This document shows, one piece after another, positions 25,294 through 38,246 of a stretch of 64,000 nucleotides of DNA (position 1 is its first letter; each line of letters opens with the position of its first letter). The notes under the pieces were generated by a model, which saw only the letters and a list, made by a program, of their open reading frames with translations, made no database searches and was not told the DNA's origin. Position numbers and translations under genes: made by a program. The DNA comes from Syncephalis fuscata S228 (taxonomy: Eukaryota > Fungi > Zoopagomycota), in the NCBI GenBank assembly GCA_025786725.1, contig JAHLTZ010000036.1, positions 124,001 to 188,000 of the forward strand. The letters run 5' to 3'.

Positions 25294-27665
25294 TTATGTT
25301 TGTGATGTAATAGAGTTGGATGAATACCATTGATTGTAATCAAGTCGTAAAAGAAGCTGATCTAAATGTCGACGTGCATCGACCTCTACAGATACGTCAC
25401 GTACACTTGACGGTGTAGACGTGGCATCGGTTGATTTAGATGAGCTTACATTGTTGGCACCTAGACTACCGGGTATACGACTAACACCCGATAATGTACG
25501 AAATATAAAGGCTGCATGCTTTAAAAACTCCTTAACAATATACAAATAGTTAGCAAGTAATAATAGCACAATGGTATGGCGATTTACTTACCTTTTCTAG
25601 GCTCGTCAAAGCTTCTGTATCTAAGGCAGACAACGTATTTTTGCCCATGCCTTGTTCTCGCTCTATAAATCCGGCCAATTGAGCACAGCAGCGAACTGCA
25701 TCGCGAATAGCCTTAAATACAGCTGGCATCGATATAAAACAGCCTTTGCAAACGGCATCTAAAAACTTTGTATGTGCTAATTGCAAATCCGTAAAGTCGT
25801 GCTCTTTAGTGTATCCATTTTGTAATTCTTCATTTGAATTGTCATTCATAGCAGTGGCTAGATGAATCTCTTTCTCATTCGATGGCTGCTTAGCCGCATC
25901 TTGAATTTGGTCACGTAAACGTTTGAAATGAACATCGATTACATCCATCTAATAATAGACATATTATCATTATTCCAGTTTATATTTGTAAATTAGTTTA
26001 AATTACCTGTATATGAGCCCATATTTGATCAACAAAGCACTGCATTGTATTGCGCAAATACCAAAGCTTGCGCAGTGTGATTGCTTTAGTCAGGTTTGCA
26101 CTGCTCTCTCGTAAGTGAACATGCCATTTTGCACGTTGCAGCCGTCGTTGTGCACTACGCACGGCCAAAAGATATAGAAACACCGTGTCATACCGTGCTA
26201 GCTCAGTCGGCGCTACTACCAAATCAAATGGCCAATCCAAATGATAATGCAATCGAGCCGGTGCACCAAACACATCGGCATCGGTCAGTTCAGGTGCACG
26301 CTCCAATCTAAACCGAGCAAAACAATCATCGTCTTCGGCCGTAGTATTGGCAGCGGCCCGTGACCATAATGAACGTAATTCTCGATCTCTAATGGATGTA
26401 GTAGATGATGGCATACTATTCCCATGGGTTGTTGACACGGGTGTACCAACATGGACGGCAGCAGCTAACGCAACACCTTTATGATTATCAACGCCATCTA
26501 ACAAAGCGTCAAAAAAGTCGCCTCTACCAAGTAGATAGTAGTTGCGAAATGCTTCCAACTGGTGGGCTGCGCGATATTGTTGTACGGCAGTACGCCACAA
26601 CCATTCAGATAAATCGCGCCGAGCTGTACGTGCCAATTGAATAAATAAATCACTATTTACTTTTAATTGAATGTGCGATCGATGTGAGGATAAAGATGCT
26701 TGCTCGACCATAGATTCGAATAGTGCGTGTAACTTTTGCAACCATGTCTGCGTCCACACTTCAGGCACTCGATAGCCTCGTTCTTGAACGGCCAATACAA
26801 CCTGTCCCGTAAATAAAACATCCTCAGCGGCCATGGCACCAATCCATGCCGGTACACTAGCCAGTAAAAGCCTATGTTTTCGTCGCCATACTGGCTCATA
26901 CTGTTGTTCATGAGCAGACCCTTCACCACCTGCCATATCAGAATCCCGACCACTGGTACCAGTACTATTGATCGATAAAGCATCGCTCCTTTCTTGAATA
27001 AAAAACTCTTTAAACGGATCTCTTAATAGCCCATAAACGAGCCAAGCAGTTATTTGTCGCCATAAAACACGCATACCAGCCATCGTCAATTGACAAAGCA
27101 AGTCTCGTAGCAATGGAACACCACTTTCTTGATACTGTACTCGAAGTCGCTCAACAAGCACCACACCATGCCAGTGACGTGGATGTGTCTGTATTTCTTC
27201 CAAAATACTTAGAATGGCCGGGAATATAATCTCATAATCCATCATAACAAATAGAACATCGGTAATGGTGTGTACATTGAATTTAGACGATGCTGCCTGC
27301 ACATCCACATTATCAATATAGATTGTTGATGCTGATGTTATCATGCCAACTTCTAACTTTTCTAGTCGATTACGATAGTCATCAAGGGCACGATCAAGAC
27401 CTTCACAAAATGCATCTAGGTAGATGCCTTTACAGCTGTCACCTTCCTTATCCCCTGTAACTGGCGTGTTGTCTATTTTCTTTTGTTGACGAATAAATTG
27501 CATGCATGTATGGTAGGCCCAACCTAGCCGTCCTAATCGATTAAGTACAGCATATTCTTGCTCTGAAAGAAATGTCAAGTCTGTAGCCACTACAAATGAG
27601 CCAGAACGTGCAACAAACACGTCTCCCGGATAGCCGGCAAGTGCTAAAAGTAATTCATGCAACAT
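25294..27665 (-). CDS. GCP4: Gamma-tubulin complex component 4 (Spc97/98 family), 3 exons
   Basis: MLHELLLALAGYPGD at the N-terminus, DPFKEFFI, YYLLGRGDFF and LLLRLDYN at the C-terminus. Confidence 0.9.
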
Positions 27666-27726
27666 GAGGAAAGTACATTAAAGAGAAGCAAGCATTGCCT
27701 ATTATTAAATACACGAAGCTACTGTA

Positions 27727-28324
27727 CTTTGACTTTCACGTTTTTTATTTATCCATTTCACCACCTTTTTCTTAATACTTTTAAATACCATTAAACATTC
27801 ACTCATTACTACTACATGTACAATATTACACTCAGCATTAATTAACTCATGTGTAATTATCAGTACAATAATGTAACTAATTAGTTATTTTTATTATTGC
27901 TTTAGTATATATATTGTCATTATGATATTAATTGTTTAAAATGCCATTTATTTAATCAGATTGACTATAGTGAGAAGTGGCAATTTAATAAACGACTTTC
28001 ATAATAATTATATTAATATTGATCTTGGATCGCAAATATGTCCAAAATGCAATAGTAGGATATTGTAAAATAAAATAGACCACTCAGATGCAATAATCCA
28101 TGCTGTACGTAAATACAATAACAACAAATGACATGGAATTGCAATCATATGGCTTCTATTAGTATTCAATCAATCTTTCTATACATGGCCACAATAACAA
28201 TGATCGGCCTCATGAATTTCAAAGCATTCAAATGAAAACATTGTAATTATATTTTTTGTACATAACAGCAAGTTTTCAACTGAAACCAATTTTACTTTGA
28301 GGACTCAAAATATGAAATTCAAGG
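27727..28324 (+). mobile_element. Family B Fanzor-remnant TIR element, copy 2 (internally rearranged)
   Basis: Left end TA-CTTTGACTTTCACGTTT. SQICPKCNSRIL..DAIIHAVRKYNN..TWNCNHMASISIQSIFL at about 28030-28190. Degenerate right end ATTTTACTTTGAGGACTCAAAATATGAAATTCAAG. Confidence 0.75.
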
Positions 28325-28974
28325 CAAGATGGGGGAATTTGAAAAGCTAATCATGTTTTATTTGTTAAAAGACTTTAACAATATATTTGTGGCAAATGCA
28401 ACTCAAAATACAATACAAAAACATGCTATGTAAAGATTAGCACCAATTGTGTTGAAACAGTGGTTGGTGATGAAATAAACGTTTTTATTGAATAAATACA
28501 AACTACTGATGAAGCAACTATCAAAATAAATAAAGTGTAATGCAAACAAAAATTATTTAATTAATAAATATTTTTTGATTTTAAATCTAACCAACAAATA
28601 AGATTATATTGGTTTAGAGTATTTTAAATATCAGATATAGCAATTAAATAATTCCGAATTACATAAAAGTGTTATTGCTTTGATCAACTTAAATTAATTA
28701 GTTGGTGTATCAAACAAGAGTGAATATATGCAAAATAAAACCGTCACCATGGCATTTGCCGTTGATAAACTAGAACAATCTACTCGTAACGTTCATTTTA
28801 AATGTCGCAGTAGTCGCTCCAATGTTCTAATTTAAAAGAGTTGTGGAACATGGCGAAAGAAGCTTAAGAGGGTGCTGTGACGGATCATTTAAACCACTTG
28901 ATTTGTATCAAATCTTATGATATTTTTATTAACTAAATAAAAATAACTTTTTCCACAATATTGAGCATGCTATT

Positions 28975-29160
28975 GGTTGTTTAGTGTGATTTGGCAGTTA
29001 AATAGCTATAATAGCCACGTATTTAAACTAAATATCCGCTTTATTGAAGATGAAACTAAGTGGTGAGTGTCATTGGTTATTAAATGTTTACTTATTATTA
29101 TTATTGTACTGTACATATCTATCCTGTATACATATACTATATGTCCGTCTATATCATTAA
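28975..29160 (+). repeat. Degenerate family A fragment
   Basis: TTTAGTGTGATTTGG...TATTGAAGATGA..AAGTGGTGAGTG matches family A. Confidence 0.5.
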
Positions 29161-29892
29161 TATTGTAAATTATAGAAAACCATATTAACAAAAGCTAAAA
29201 GCTTATTGCTAACTGTATTCTTTTAGCAGATCTTGATTCATTTCGTTCATTACCCTTGACCAATTGCATACAGTATAGTTTTGCTATCACTATTTACGTA
29301 TTCGTTCTATCTATTTATTTTATTTCATAGTATTCTATGCTTTATTGCCATGTTTTATTAGAAAAGCGTATTTATTCTAATTCAGCATACTATTACTTGG
29401 CTATATGATAATGATAGCTTTGCTACTATCCATACCAATCTATGTTTATAGCTTACATGATATAATTATACACATTTTGTTATTAATTTAACTATTGGAT
29501 TGATAATTGTCATTATTGAATGCAAATAGAACATGGTTATAGATATAGCAATTTGATTGTATATAGCTAAGATGAAACCATAGATTTATTACTATAAGCT
29601 TGCACAGTTGAATATGGGCAACTAAATGCAAACATGTTAGTAATATAATGATTCCATTGATTAAAGACTGGATAAACCGAAGCATTGGCCAAAACTTGAT
29701 ATATAGATAGACTGGACGACGTAGTTGTCAAATGGTCTTGCTTTTCACCGAGTATATACCTAAAGTGTATTGGAATAGTGGTTTGATTGCACTATCAATG
29801 CTAATGTCTTGAAGCCATTGATTATTCTGTATTTACAAATAAAGATATTATATGTCGTATAATTAATGTATAAGCCATCAATATATAGTACT

Positions 29893-30880
29893 ACTTACCG
29901 CCTATTAGTATTAAGTTATAGATACATGGTGCATAACATGTGATTAATGCATAGTCATTTATCATACAATACAACTTACGTTCTATTAATATTAAGCAAT
30001 TGATACAATCAATGAATAGTATAGTTAATGTATAGTTATTTAATATACAATATGACTTACAAGCTATTAATATTAAATAATTGGTACAATCAGTAAATAG
30101 CATAGTTAATATATAGTCAGTTAATATGCAACATCACTTACAAGCTATCAATATTAAACGATTGATACAATCAATGAATAGTATAGTTAATGTATAGTTA
30201 TTTAATATACAATACAACTTACTGCCTGTTAATATTAAATAATTGGTACAATCAGTAAATAGCATAGTTAATATATAGTCAGTTAATATGCAACATCACT
30301 TACAAGCTATCAATATTAAACGATTGATACAATCAATGAATAGTATAGTTAATGTATAGTTAACTAATATACAATACTACTTACGATCTATTAATATTAA
30401 ACGATTGATACAATCAATAAGTAGTATAGTTAATGTATAGTTAACTAATATATAATATCACTTACGAACTATTAATATTAAATAATCGATACAATCAGTA
30501 AATAGTATAGTTAATATATAATCAGTTATTATGCAACATTACTTACATGCTATTAATATTAAGTTATTGATACAATCAGTAAATAGCATAATTAGTGTAT
30601 ATTCAGTTAATATACAATATCACTTACGATCTATTAATATTAAATAAGCATTACAATAAATAAATAGCAGTTAATATATAGCCAGTTAATATACAATAGC
30701 ACTTACCGCCTATTAATATTAAGTTATTTATAGACGCAATACACGATATGTAATTAGCTAATGATCAATTGATATACAATATAACTTACAAGCTATTAGT
30801 ATTAAGTTGTTGATATACATGGTTCATGACATATGATTAGTTCATAGTCAGTTAATATACAATATCACTTACGATCTATT
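29893..30880. repeat. About 81-bp tandem repeat (about 12 units); each unit is one intron plus a 3-nt exon on the minus strand
   Basis: ACTTAC recurs at 29893, 29974, 30055, 30136, 30217, 30298, 30379, 30460, 30541, 30622, 30701, 30784 and 30867. A 162-bp higher-order dimer is visible in the middle. Confidence 0.95.
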
Positions 30881-31041
30881 ATAATTATTAGTTAAAAAAT
30901 ACCGTCAATAAATAAATACTGTTATATTTATTGTTATTGCAACATACCACGACGAACTAAGGCTGGTTTAGCATCCACCATGGCTGTACTGGCCACAATA
31001 GCCACGACAATGGTGCAAACGGTGGCAATGGAAAGCTTCAT
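29981..31041 (-). CDS. Secreted peptide precursor encoded by a signal exon plus tandem 3-nt micro-exons: MKLSIATVCTIVVAIVASTAMVDAKPALVRR-DPCDPFHPCTS*
   Basis: Exon 1 is 31041-30948 (CACCATG start, signal peptide, RR, phase-1 GTATGT donor). Thirteen YAG|NNN|GTAAGT units follow, giving ATC,CTT,GCG,ATC,CAT,TTC,ATC,CTT,GCA,CTT,CTT,AAC,GCG. The terminal exon starts at 29826 after TACAG. Confidence 0.8.
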
Positions 31042-32691
31042 GGTGATGTTGATTTGTTAAGACAAACAAATAAAAGAGATAATAGAGTGTGGTTGGTATA
31101 GAGTGAAGAGTAGTGCGTGTTAAGCAAGAAGTAGAGTGTGATGATGATATCGCAGTTGGTTGTATATATTTTGTGGGCTATTTAAACTTATGGTTTACTG
31201 AGATGCTAGTATACTGTAGTATACGAGATATATCATTGATGTGTAGTATGAACCAATAAAACAATCCAAATAATGGTTTGAGGTGCACATGCACCAATAG
31301 ATTCATGGCGTGACATCATGCTTTCCAGCATTAATTTGACTTGTCCGGTCTTTACTTCAGCCTGACCAGCCTTAAATTTAACCTGCTCAGTCTTGGTTCC
31401 GACCTGCTCGGCGTTTACACAAATAACACGGCATTCCAATGAGCAGTAAATATGTAACAGACATATACATCATCCTGTATTTTCTGTTACACGGTCGAAC
31501 ACCATTTGGTAAAAACAAGTATATCGTTTGGTTTTGTGAAAACGATAATGATGTCTTTGCTGCCATTTCTACTAATTTGGTCCTCAATATTTGCATGCAT
31601 ACAAAAAGCATACAACATTGACGCAAAAAACAAGTTTATTGTATCAAAATGGTATTTTATACAGGCTTTACTGCCATACATAAGCCAATTATAATTTCTT
31701 AAATTATAAAGTGTATTGATTGGTACATGTATGTATTTCATTTGACACTATGCCCGTTGTTATGGGTGTAATCACTGCTTTAAATTCACAAATACATCAC
31801 ATTCAGACATATCATGCTACATGTTGTGCAACTACCATCATTCAAATGGCGGCTAATCCAAATTACCTGAAATCGACTATACAATAAGTACTGTCTGTAG
31901 TATGATGCAGCACGGCATTTTAAGCAATGGAACATTCCAACAGGTCATTTTCGTCATCCGTTTTCAGTTGTAAACTAGATTGCATCGACTAGATTACACG
32001 CAATACAGTATGCAGACACTAGGATAGACCCAATAGAAAGTCCTGCTTAAATATCAGCAATTTCAAGTGCATAGTGGCTGTGGATTGCATATCAATGGGT
32101 AATTGTCCAAGGCCTAGGTGCTGTTTACATTTCTGAAACCAATCCTAACAAGGTAAGCAAGATAGCATATAGAAGAATAAACCAACGCAAAAACTAATGA
32201 AAAACAAGTGGCAGCTTAAAGGTTTACTAGTTCAACCTATAGCAAATTATTATAACTATGCTAAGCTAGACTGTGTTTGTCAAAAAACTGTCCGTTGCTG
32301 ATACAACTAGAACAATAGCAATGTTAAATTGACATAACGCACAGAAAACAAAAAGATGTAAATAAAATTAAATCAATGAGTTTTAGTAATTAAATAACTT
32401 ATTGTTGTTGTTATACTTTATAATTATGGTTGTATGTACGGATAAACATTTGCAATCACATTGTAACTTCTAATATACTTACATGTATACAACCACCAAC
32501 TAAGCCAACTATTATAAGGCTTAATCTAATTATTTATCAGAGTAAGCAGCTAATATTTTACATTATTGCAATAATAGAAAATATATATTATTTTTATTTA
32601 TTGACCATTAATAAAAGCTATATAGCTATATATTAAAATAAACAAAACATCAGATTGAGTGCGTAATATTTACATGACCAAATCATTTTTA

Positions 32692-33350
32692 CTTTAATTC
32701 TCACATTTTATTTACACATTTCACTCTTCTTTTCCTATCGCTATCTTATCGTTTTATTCAGTAATATATTATGTGATAATGTTGAATATGGCAATATAAA
32801 TAACATGCGTATTTGAACATCAATAAATAACATTATTCAATCCCTAGTCTTTATTTCTCTTATTTACATCAACACCTGTTTAAGTAACCTCAACGGCATG
32901 CCGTATATTCTGGCTACAACTGTCGTCACAAGATCTTCCTGGTGAAGACACTCAGCTTAGCATTATTGCATAAAATAGAGGCCATTTGCTTCATCAATGG
33001 CTGGCAAAGCATCTGCACCTACCAAGTTGATATCAAGAACGCTCAAGAGAATGGTGAACATCAGAAACGCTAGTCGTCCCATCTTTTTGTACCATAGACG
33101 AGTATCTTACATCGCAAATATGCCCAAAATGCAATGGTAGAATATTAGAAAATAGAAGAGATCATTCAGATGCAATAATCCATGTTGTACATAGACACAA
33201 TAACAACAAATGCAGAATGACATGGAATCGCGATTAATGACGTCTATTAATATTCGATTAATCTTTCTACATATGGCCAACAACAATAATAATCGGCCTC
33301 AAACGTTTCAATGAAATCAAATAGTATATTACATTGTTTATTTAAATGCA
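32692..33350 (+). mobile_element. Family B Fanzor-remnant TIR element, copy 3 (right end lost; best-preserved coding)
   Basis: Left end TA-CTTTAATTCTCACATTT. Reads FASSMAGKASAPTKLISRTLKRMVNIRNASRP..TIDEYLTSQICPKCNGRILENRRDHSDAIIHVVHRHNNNKCRMTWNRD..TSINIRLIFLHMANNNNNRPQTFQ. Confidence 0.85.
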
Positions 33351-33738
33351 TAATATTATTACTAATACAATGTTCTGTTACATTTAATTCTATTTTATGG
33401 AAATGATAATGTTCTTACATCACATTAATATTTATTATGAATGATGATTTAAACACAAATCAATTAATCGAATTACTACGATCGATTGCATAAATGACTT
33501 ATTGCGTTAAATGAAATTAAAACAATGCCAAACAATCATTAGTATTATATTATTTACTACTATGCGTGTATTATTGTTTAATATTTATCTTTATAATGAA
33601 TTGTAACTATGAATGTATAAACTTTTACGTAATAAATGCCTTTTGATTAATATTCTAGCATGATGTAATATTTGTATATTTATTGTAATTAATGTATCAA
33701 TGAACCACAAACTAGTAATTCATTCAAATCGACAACGC

Positions 33739-34305
33739 TTAGTAATGAAATGGTTTAATCGACTCTGCCTGTTCTACACTTAATGATGAGTTGCGATATG
33801 ATAACGCCAGTTGCTTAATTTCCGCTTCTGACGGTATACCTAATTGCTTCCACTCTTCTATCTCTTGTGGACTAGCCTTCAAGTGCCACTCGTATTTTGG
33901 AGTGGGCAAGTTTAGCTTGGTCCGATCTTTCTTGCGCTGTTTTTTACTTGGTGGATTGGCTCTAGAAACATTAATACCATGCAATGCTTGAAGTGCCGCC
34001 TCTAGCTTTTCTCGTTGCGTCATATTCTTTTCTGATTCTTTTCTTGCTTCGTTCAGCATAGCTGCTGTCTGGCGCATTACTTCGTTATTTGATTTAATAA
34101 AAAGCAAATCGTGTTCCTTCATAGCCAATAGAACTTTTTGCTTAAAGAAATGGCCTGATCTAGCATCATCGGCGGCAATATTCTGTGCAATTGCGTGAAT
34201 ATCTTTGCTATTCATGGGCCCTTTACAAGCAAGAATTCGCTGCACTAGATGCCACATGTGCTTATTCTGCATAGGCTTTGGTGCCCTTACTGCATGTCTA
34301 AACAT
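33739..34305 (-). CDS. Uncharacterised basic protein, paralogue of 14555-15124
   Basis: Intronless ORF, likely starting MFRHAVRAPK at 34305; collinear similarity to 14555-15124. Confidence 0.8.
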   Translation of the reverse strand: MFRHAVRAPKPMQNKHMWHLVQRILACKGPMNSKDIHAIAQNIAADDARSGHFFKQKVLLAMKEHDLLFIKSNNEVMRQTAAMLNEARKESEKNMTQREKLEAALQALHGINVSRANPPSKKQRKKDRTKLNLPTPKYEWHLKASPQEIEEWKQLGIPSEAEIKQLALSYRNSSLSVEQAESIKPFHY

Positions 34306-34565
34306 GGCCGCTAATTGATGATTCAATAAAGATAGCAAAAATAGTAGCAAAGAGTTTGATTATATAGTACAGCAATAGCACTAGCGTACTATATTAAAGC
34401 GTGATTGAAATATGGCAAGACGTCGTTAATAAGATCCGCCGAAATTCCAAGGAAAAAAGGAAAAAGCGAGCAAGTAACAGTCGGCGTTGTGTGGTTTTTT
34501 CTTTTTTTCTTTCTTTCAACATTTTGATTCCAATACGTTAAGTAGTATTATTACAAAGTGTAAAC

Positions 34566-35460
34566 ATGGTGCGTCAGCTTAAACATCACGAAAGAAAGTT
34601 GTTGAAGAAGGTAGATTTCTTACAATGGAAATCAACAGACAATGTCCATGAAATCTCTATTATACGCAAATATCGTCTACCGAATCGTGAAGAGTACACC
34701 AAGTATGTAACTAGATGAATGAATTTGCTGTTTTATGGTATACTAATTTCGATATTGTATATTAAAGATACAACAAACTATGTGGCAGTATTAAACGGAC
34801 GGCTCAGCGTATCTCATTACTAAATCCACGCGATCCATATCGTAAACAGATGGAGGAGCAAATTCTCAACAAATTGTATGATATGGCTTTGATTTCGTCC
34901 AAAAGTGCCTTCTCAGCTGTTGATCGTCTTACTGTATCCGCCTTTTGTCGGTATGTGTTGATATATTATTAAAACAATGGCAGTAACATATGAATGTTGT
35001 TGTTAACAAATCATTGTATTGTAGACGACGATTACCTATTGTTATGATGAGATTGAAAATGGCAGAAAATGTCAAAGAAGCAGTTACACTAATTGAACAG
35101 GGACGTATCCTTTTAATTTATAGAAATAGTAACAGTCCACATTTGTCATGGTTATTCTTGACTTTTTATTTTATGTATAATGCTAATAGATATTCGAGTT
35201 GGTATTGATACTGTAGTAGATCCAGCTTTCTTGGTAACCAGGTTAGTATATATATATATACTGTTTAATCATTATACTAATATTTATTGATAGAACCATG
35301 GAGGACTTTGTCACATGGGTGGATACTTCCAAGATTAAGCGCAAGATTATGAAATATAACGACAAGGTAAATGTTTAACACGTTGATATTGATTGTATAT
35401 CTGTATTAATTGCTGCAATCATTACTTTATTATTAGTTGGACGACTTTGATTTACTCTAG
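34566..35460 (+). CDS. IMP3: U3 snoRNP protein Imp3, multi-exon
   Basis: [60 protein letters not shown] and LDDFDLL*. Confidence 0.95.
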
Positions 35461-36184
35461 ATACTAAAGATTCAATATTTTTATATTATATTATTAAAAT
35501 TTAACATTCACGTTATTAATCTCAATACTCAATTTATTTAACTAATTTTTGTAGTTTAGATAGTAACAATTAGTTTACACAATGGTAAGTATATGTAAAT
35601 GAGTAAAAGTACATACATCAATCTTGTTAGCACATTGATGTTAAGCATTATTTAAAATACACACAGATATTGTGTGCTGGAATTGTCGATGAAAGCAACA
35701 GCAAATTTAAATGATTACAAAATTACTATTTCTATAAATCCAATATGTGAATATCTACTATATATGTACTAATCTATTGATATATTCATAGCATACGTAG
35801 CAATGCTGTGCAGATTGAAGTAAAGGTGATGGTATATATCATTAGCTCATTGATAAGTATCCGAATACTACACTACATCTAGAGATGTTTATCATTTTAA
35901 ATACACTTTATTTAAAACTGACATTCATTTAAACCATATCTTGCTAACAATGCTATCACATGCACCTGTATAAAATGATAATTTATAACCAAAAGCAAGA
36001 AATAGTTGCTTAATCACGTGATGTTGTAGCAGTCAATGAAATGAAACGAGCAACGATGTACAAGGTGTTATGACTCAATTCTTTTTCACACCTTAGCACA
36101 CACACACACACACACCAATTCATTTGCCAAGAATTGTTTTAGTTAAGCTTACTTCAGATCAGCACAACTGTTATACTGTCAATA

Positions 36185-37254
36185 ATGGCTCAAGTATGGA
36201 TGGCAAAGGGTCTTTTGGTGCTAACTTTAGGCGCTGTAGTAGGCATTGCTTACGCTGTTCATGAAATGATGACAAAGAAAGAAGAGGATATGCCACTAAA
36301 TCAAAATCGCGATAGCAGTCCTCCAGCCGATGGGGATGAACAACGTAGACGACGACATTTTGACCAAAGCGCTAATAATTCATCAGGACAAGCTTCTACC
36401 AGCCATAACACTGGCCAAACGCATTCTACTGGAATTAACAATGATAACTCGTTAAGACAAAGAGGTAGTTCTAACACTACAACTATCGAACCATCCCATA
36501 CACCAATCATTGTAAGTTTATTAATACGATGCATATTAATAATGCCTTTACCAATAATCTATTCATTCATTAGCCGCCACCTCGTACATCTTCTATTACC
36601 AGCAGAGAAAATGAACTACAAGAGGAAATGTCATACTTGAATGTTATAGAACAAAGAAACGAGGCTCGTCGTTTGGAATTACAGCAAGAAGAGGAGGAAA
36701 TTGAAAGACGTGCTGCTGCATTAAAGCAAAAACGTCTTGCTCTTGACCAAGAACTGCACTGGTTTCAAAGTACTTTGCCACACGATAACTTTACCGAATC
36801 ATCAATCGATACTGAACCGTATGTCCAACCTGTTACAGTCCCAGACAACTACGAGAATCCAGGATTGATCTGGGCCGCACCTGACGCTGACAGTTCCTCG
36901 CTCTATATTCCTCCACTTAATCCAACAGAAGATATTTTAGCACCGATGTTCCCAGATAGTCCTGTCGATTCCTTTATAAGCTCTATTCTCCCAGATGAAG
37001 AGATATTTTTAGACACGACATCACAACCTATTTACATCGATAATATTACTGTTGCAAATAACATTGATGAACATAAATTAAACGACCAGCCTAGACTTGC
37101 TGAAGGACACAGCGAACAACAGGTAGCGGAAGAAGAAGTAGAAGAAGAAGAAGAAGAAGGCCATCCATTGTTACATGATACTACGCTCGAATCTATTGAT
37201 GCACTTTCTAATCACTTTTCGGAGGATAGTTGGTCAAATATCGGTTCTGAATAA
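36185..37254 (+). CDS. Hypothetical protein: N-terminal TM anchor, coiled coil, acidic tail (2 exons)
   Basis: ORFs 36185 and 36628 can be joined by a GTAAGT...TAG intron at about 36512-36573. Confidence 0.6.
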
Positions 37255-38246
37255 GTTTTGTTTTGTTGTATGATTCATATATTGAGATATAATGCATGTT
37301 ATATTGGTAGTGATTATTGTAGTTAAACAGTCAAGGTTGATAATAAAATTTTGTAAACGAGTTGTTACTATTAGTGCCAATATTATATATTTATTTACAT
37401 TATAGAGTTTTGACGACATAATGAATAGCTTTGGTTGTGAAATGACTTATATTATATTTAATTATTTAATGTACTCGCTATTTATTGATAACATGTTCTA
37501 TAATAATAAGTAGTTTGGACGTCAATTAACATTGGTATTTTAACTCGCTCATATTAACAACAATATACGATCTACATCATCACATTTCCTTTCTCTTTCA
37601 TCATTTAAACAATATTGTTTATCAGTACTTGATTCTAAGCACTGGCAGTTTCAAGGCGTTGCATTAATCTTCCGATTCAGTAATGTGGCTGACATCAGTA
37701 TTTATAATAAATTGTTACAGTGCATCTTTTGCAGTTTATCCTGCCAAACATTAGTACTGCTGATTGTATTCATGCTACTACACTGTAATTTAAATAATAA
37801 ATATTTTCAAAAAAAATTAAGTCTAATATGTTGTAAGTTTTTTGCAATGCTGAGAATTATAAATCAGCACTGGATAAATTATTAGAATGATAAATACGCA
37901 AAATATATGTAGTAAGTTGTTATTCAGTTTGTTTTCATGCAATATTAAGTGTTTGCAGTTTAAATCGTGTCAATAACATTTTACAATAGTCATGTAATGT
38001 TATTATTTAATAAGCAATATTGCACTGTTATAACAATTGAATCATAACATGTCATTGTTTTATTTAAGCAAATATTGATTAATTGTAAAACTCGTTGTTT
38101 TTTGCCTTTAGTTAAAAGCAAGTTGTCGAGTGCATGTAGATAATTATAATGAGTTTCCAAACCCTTCAGTGACGCGATTGTTTTGGATGCACGCATCTTA
38201 TTCCAGTCGTATTTCCATTGTATCTTTGAATCGTATTTAAATGCAT

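Noticed and set aside
29893-30880. Tandem array as a CRISPR-like array or plain satellite
   Set aside because: The context is eukaryotic and there are no unique spacers. The invariant parts are splice signals around 3-nt variable exons downstream of a coding exon.
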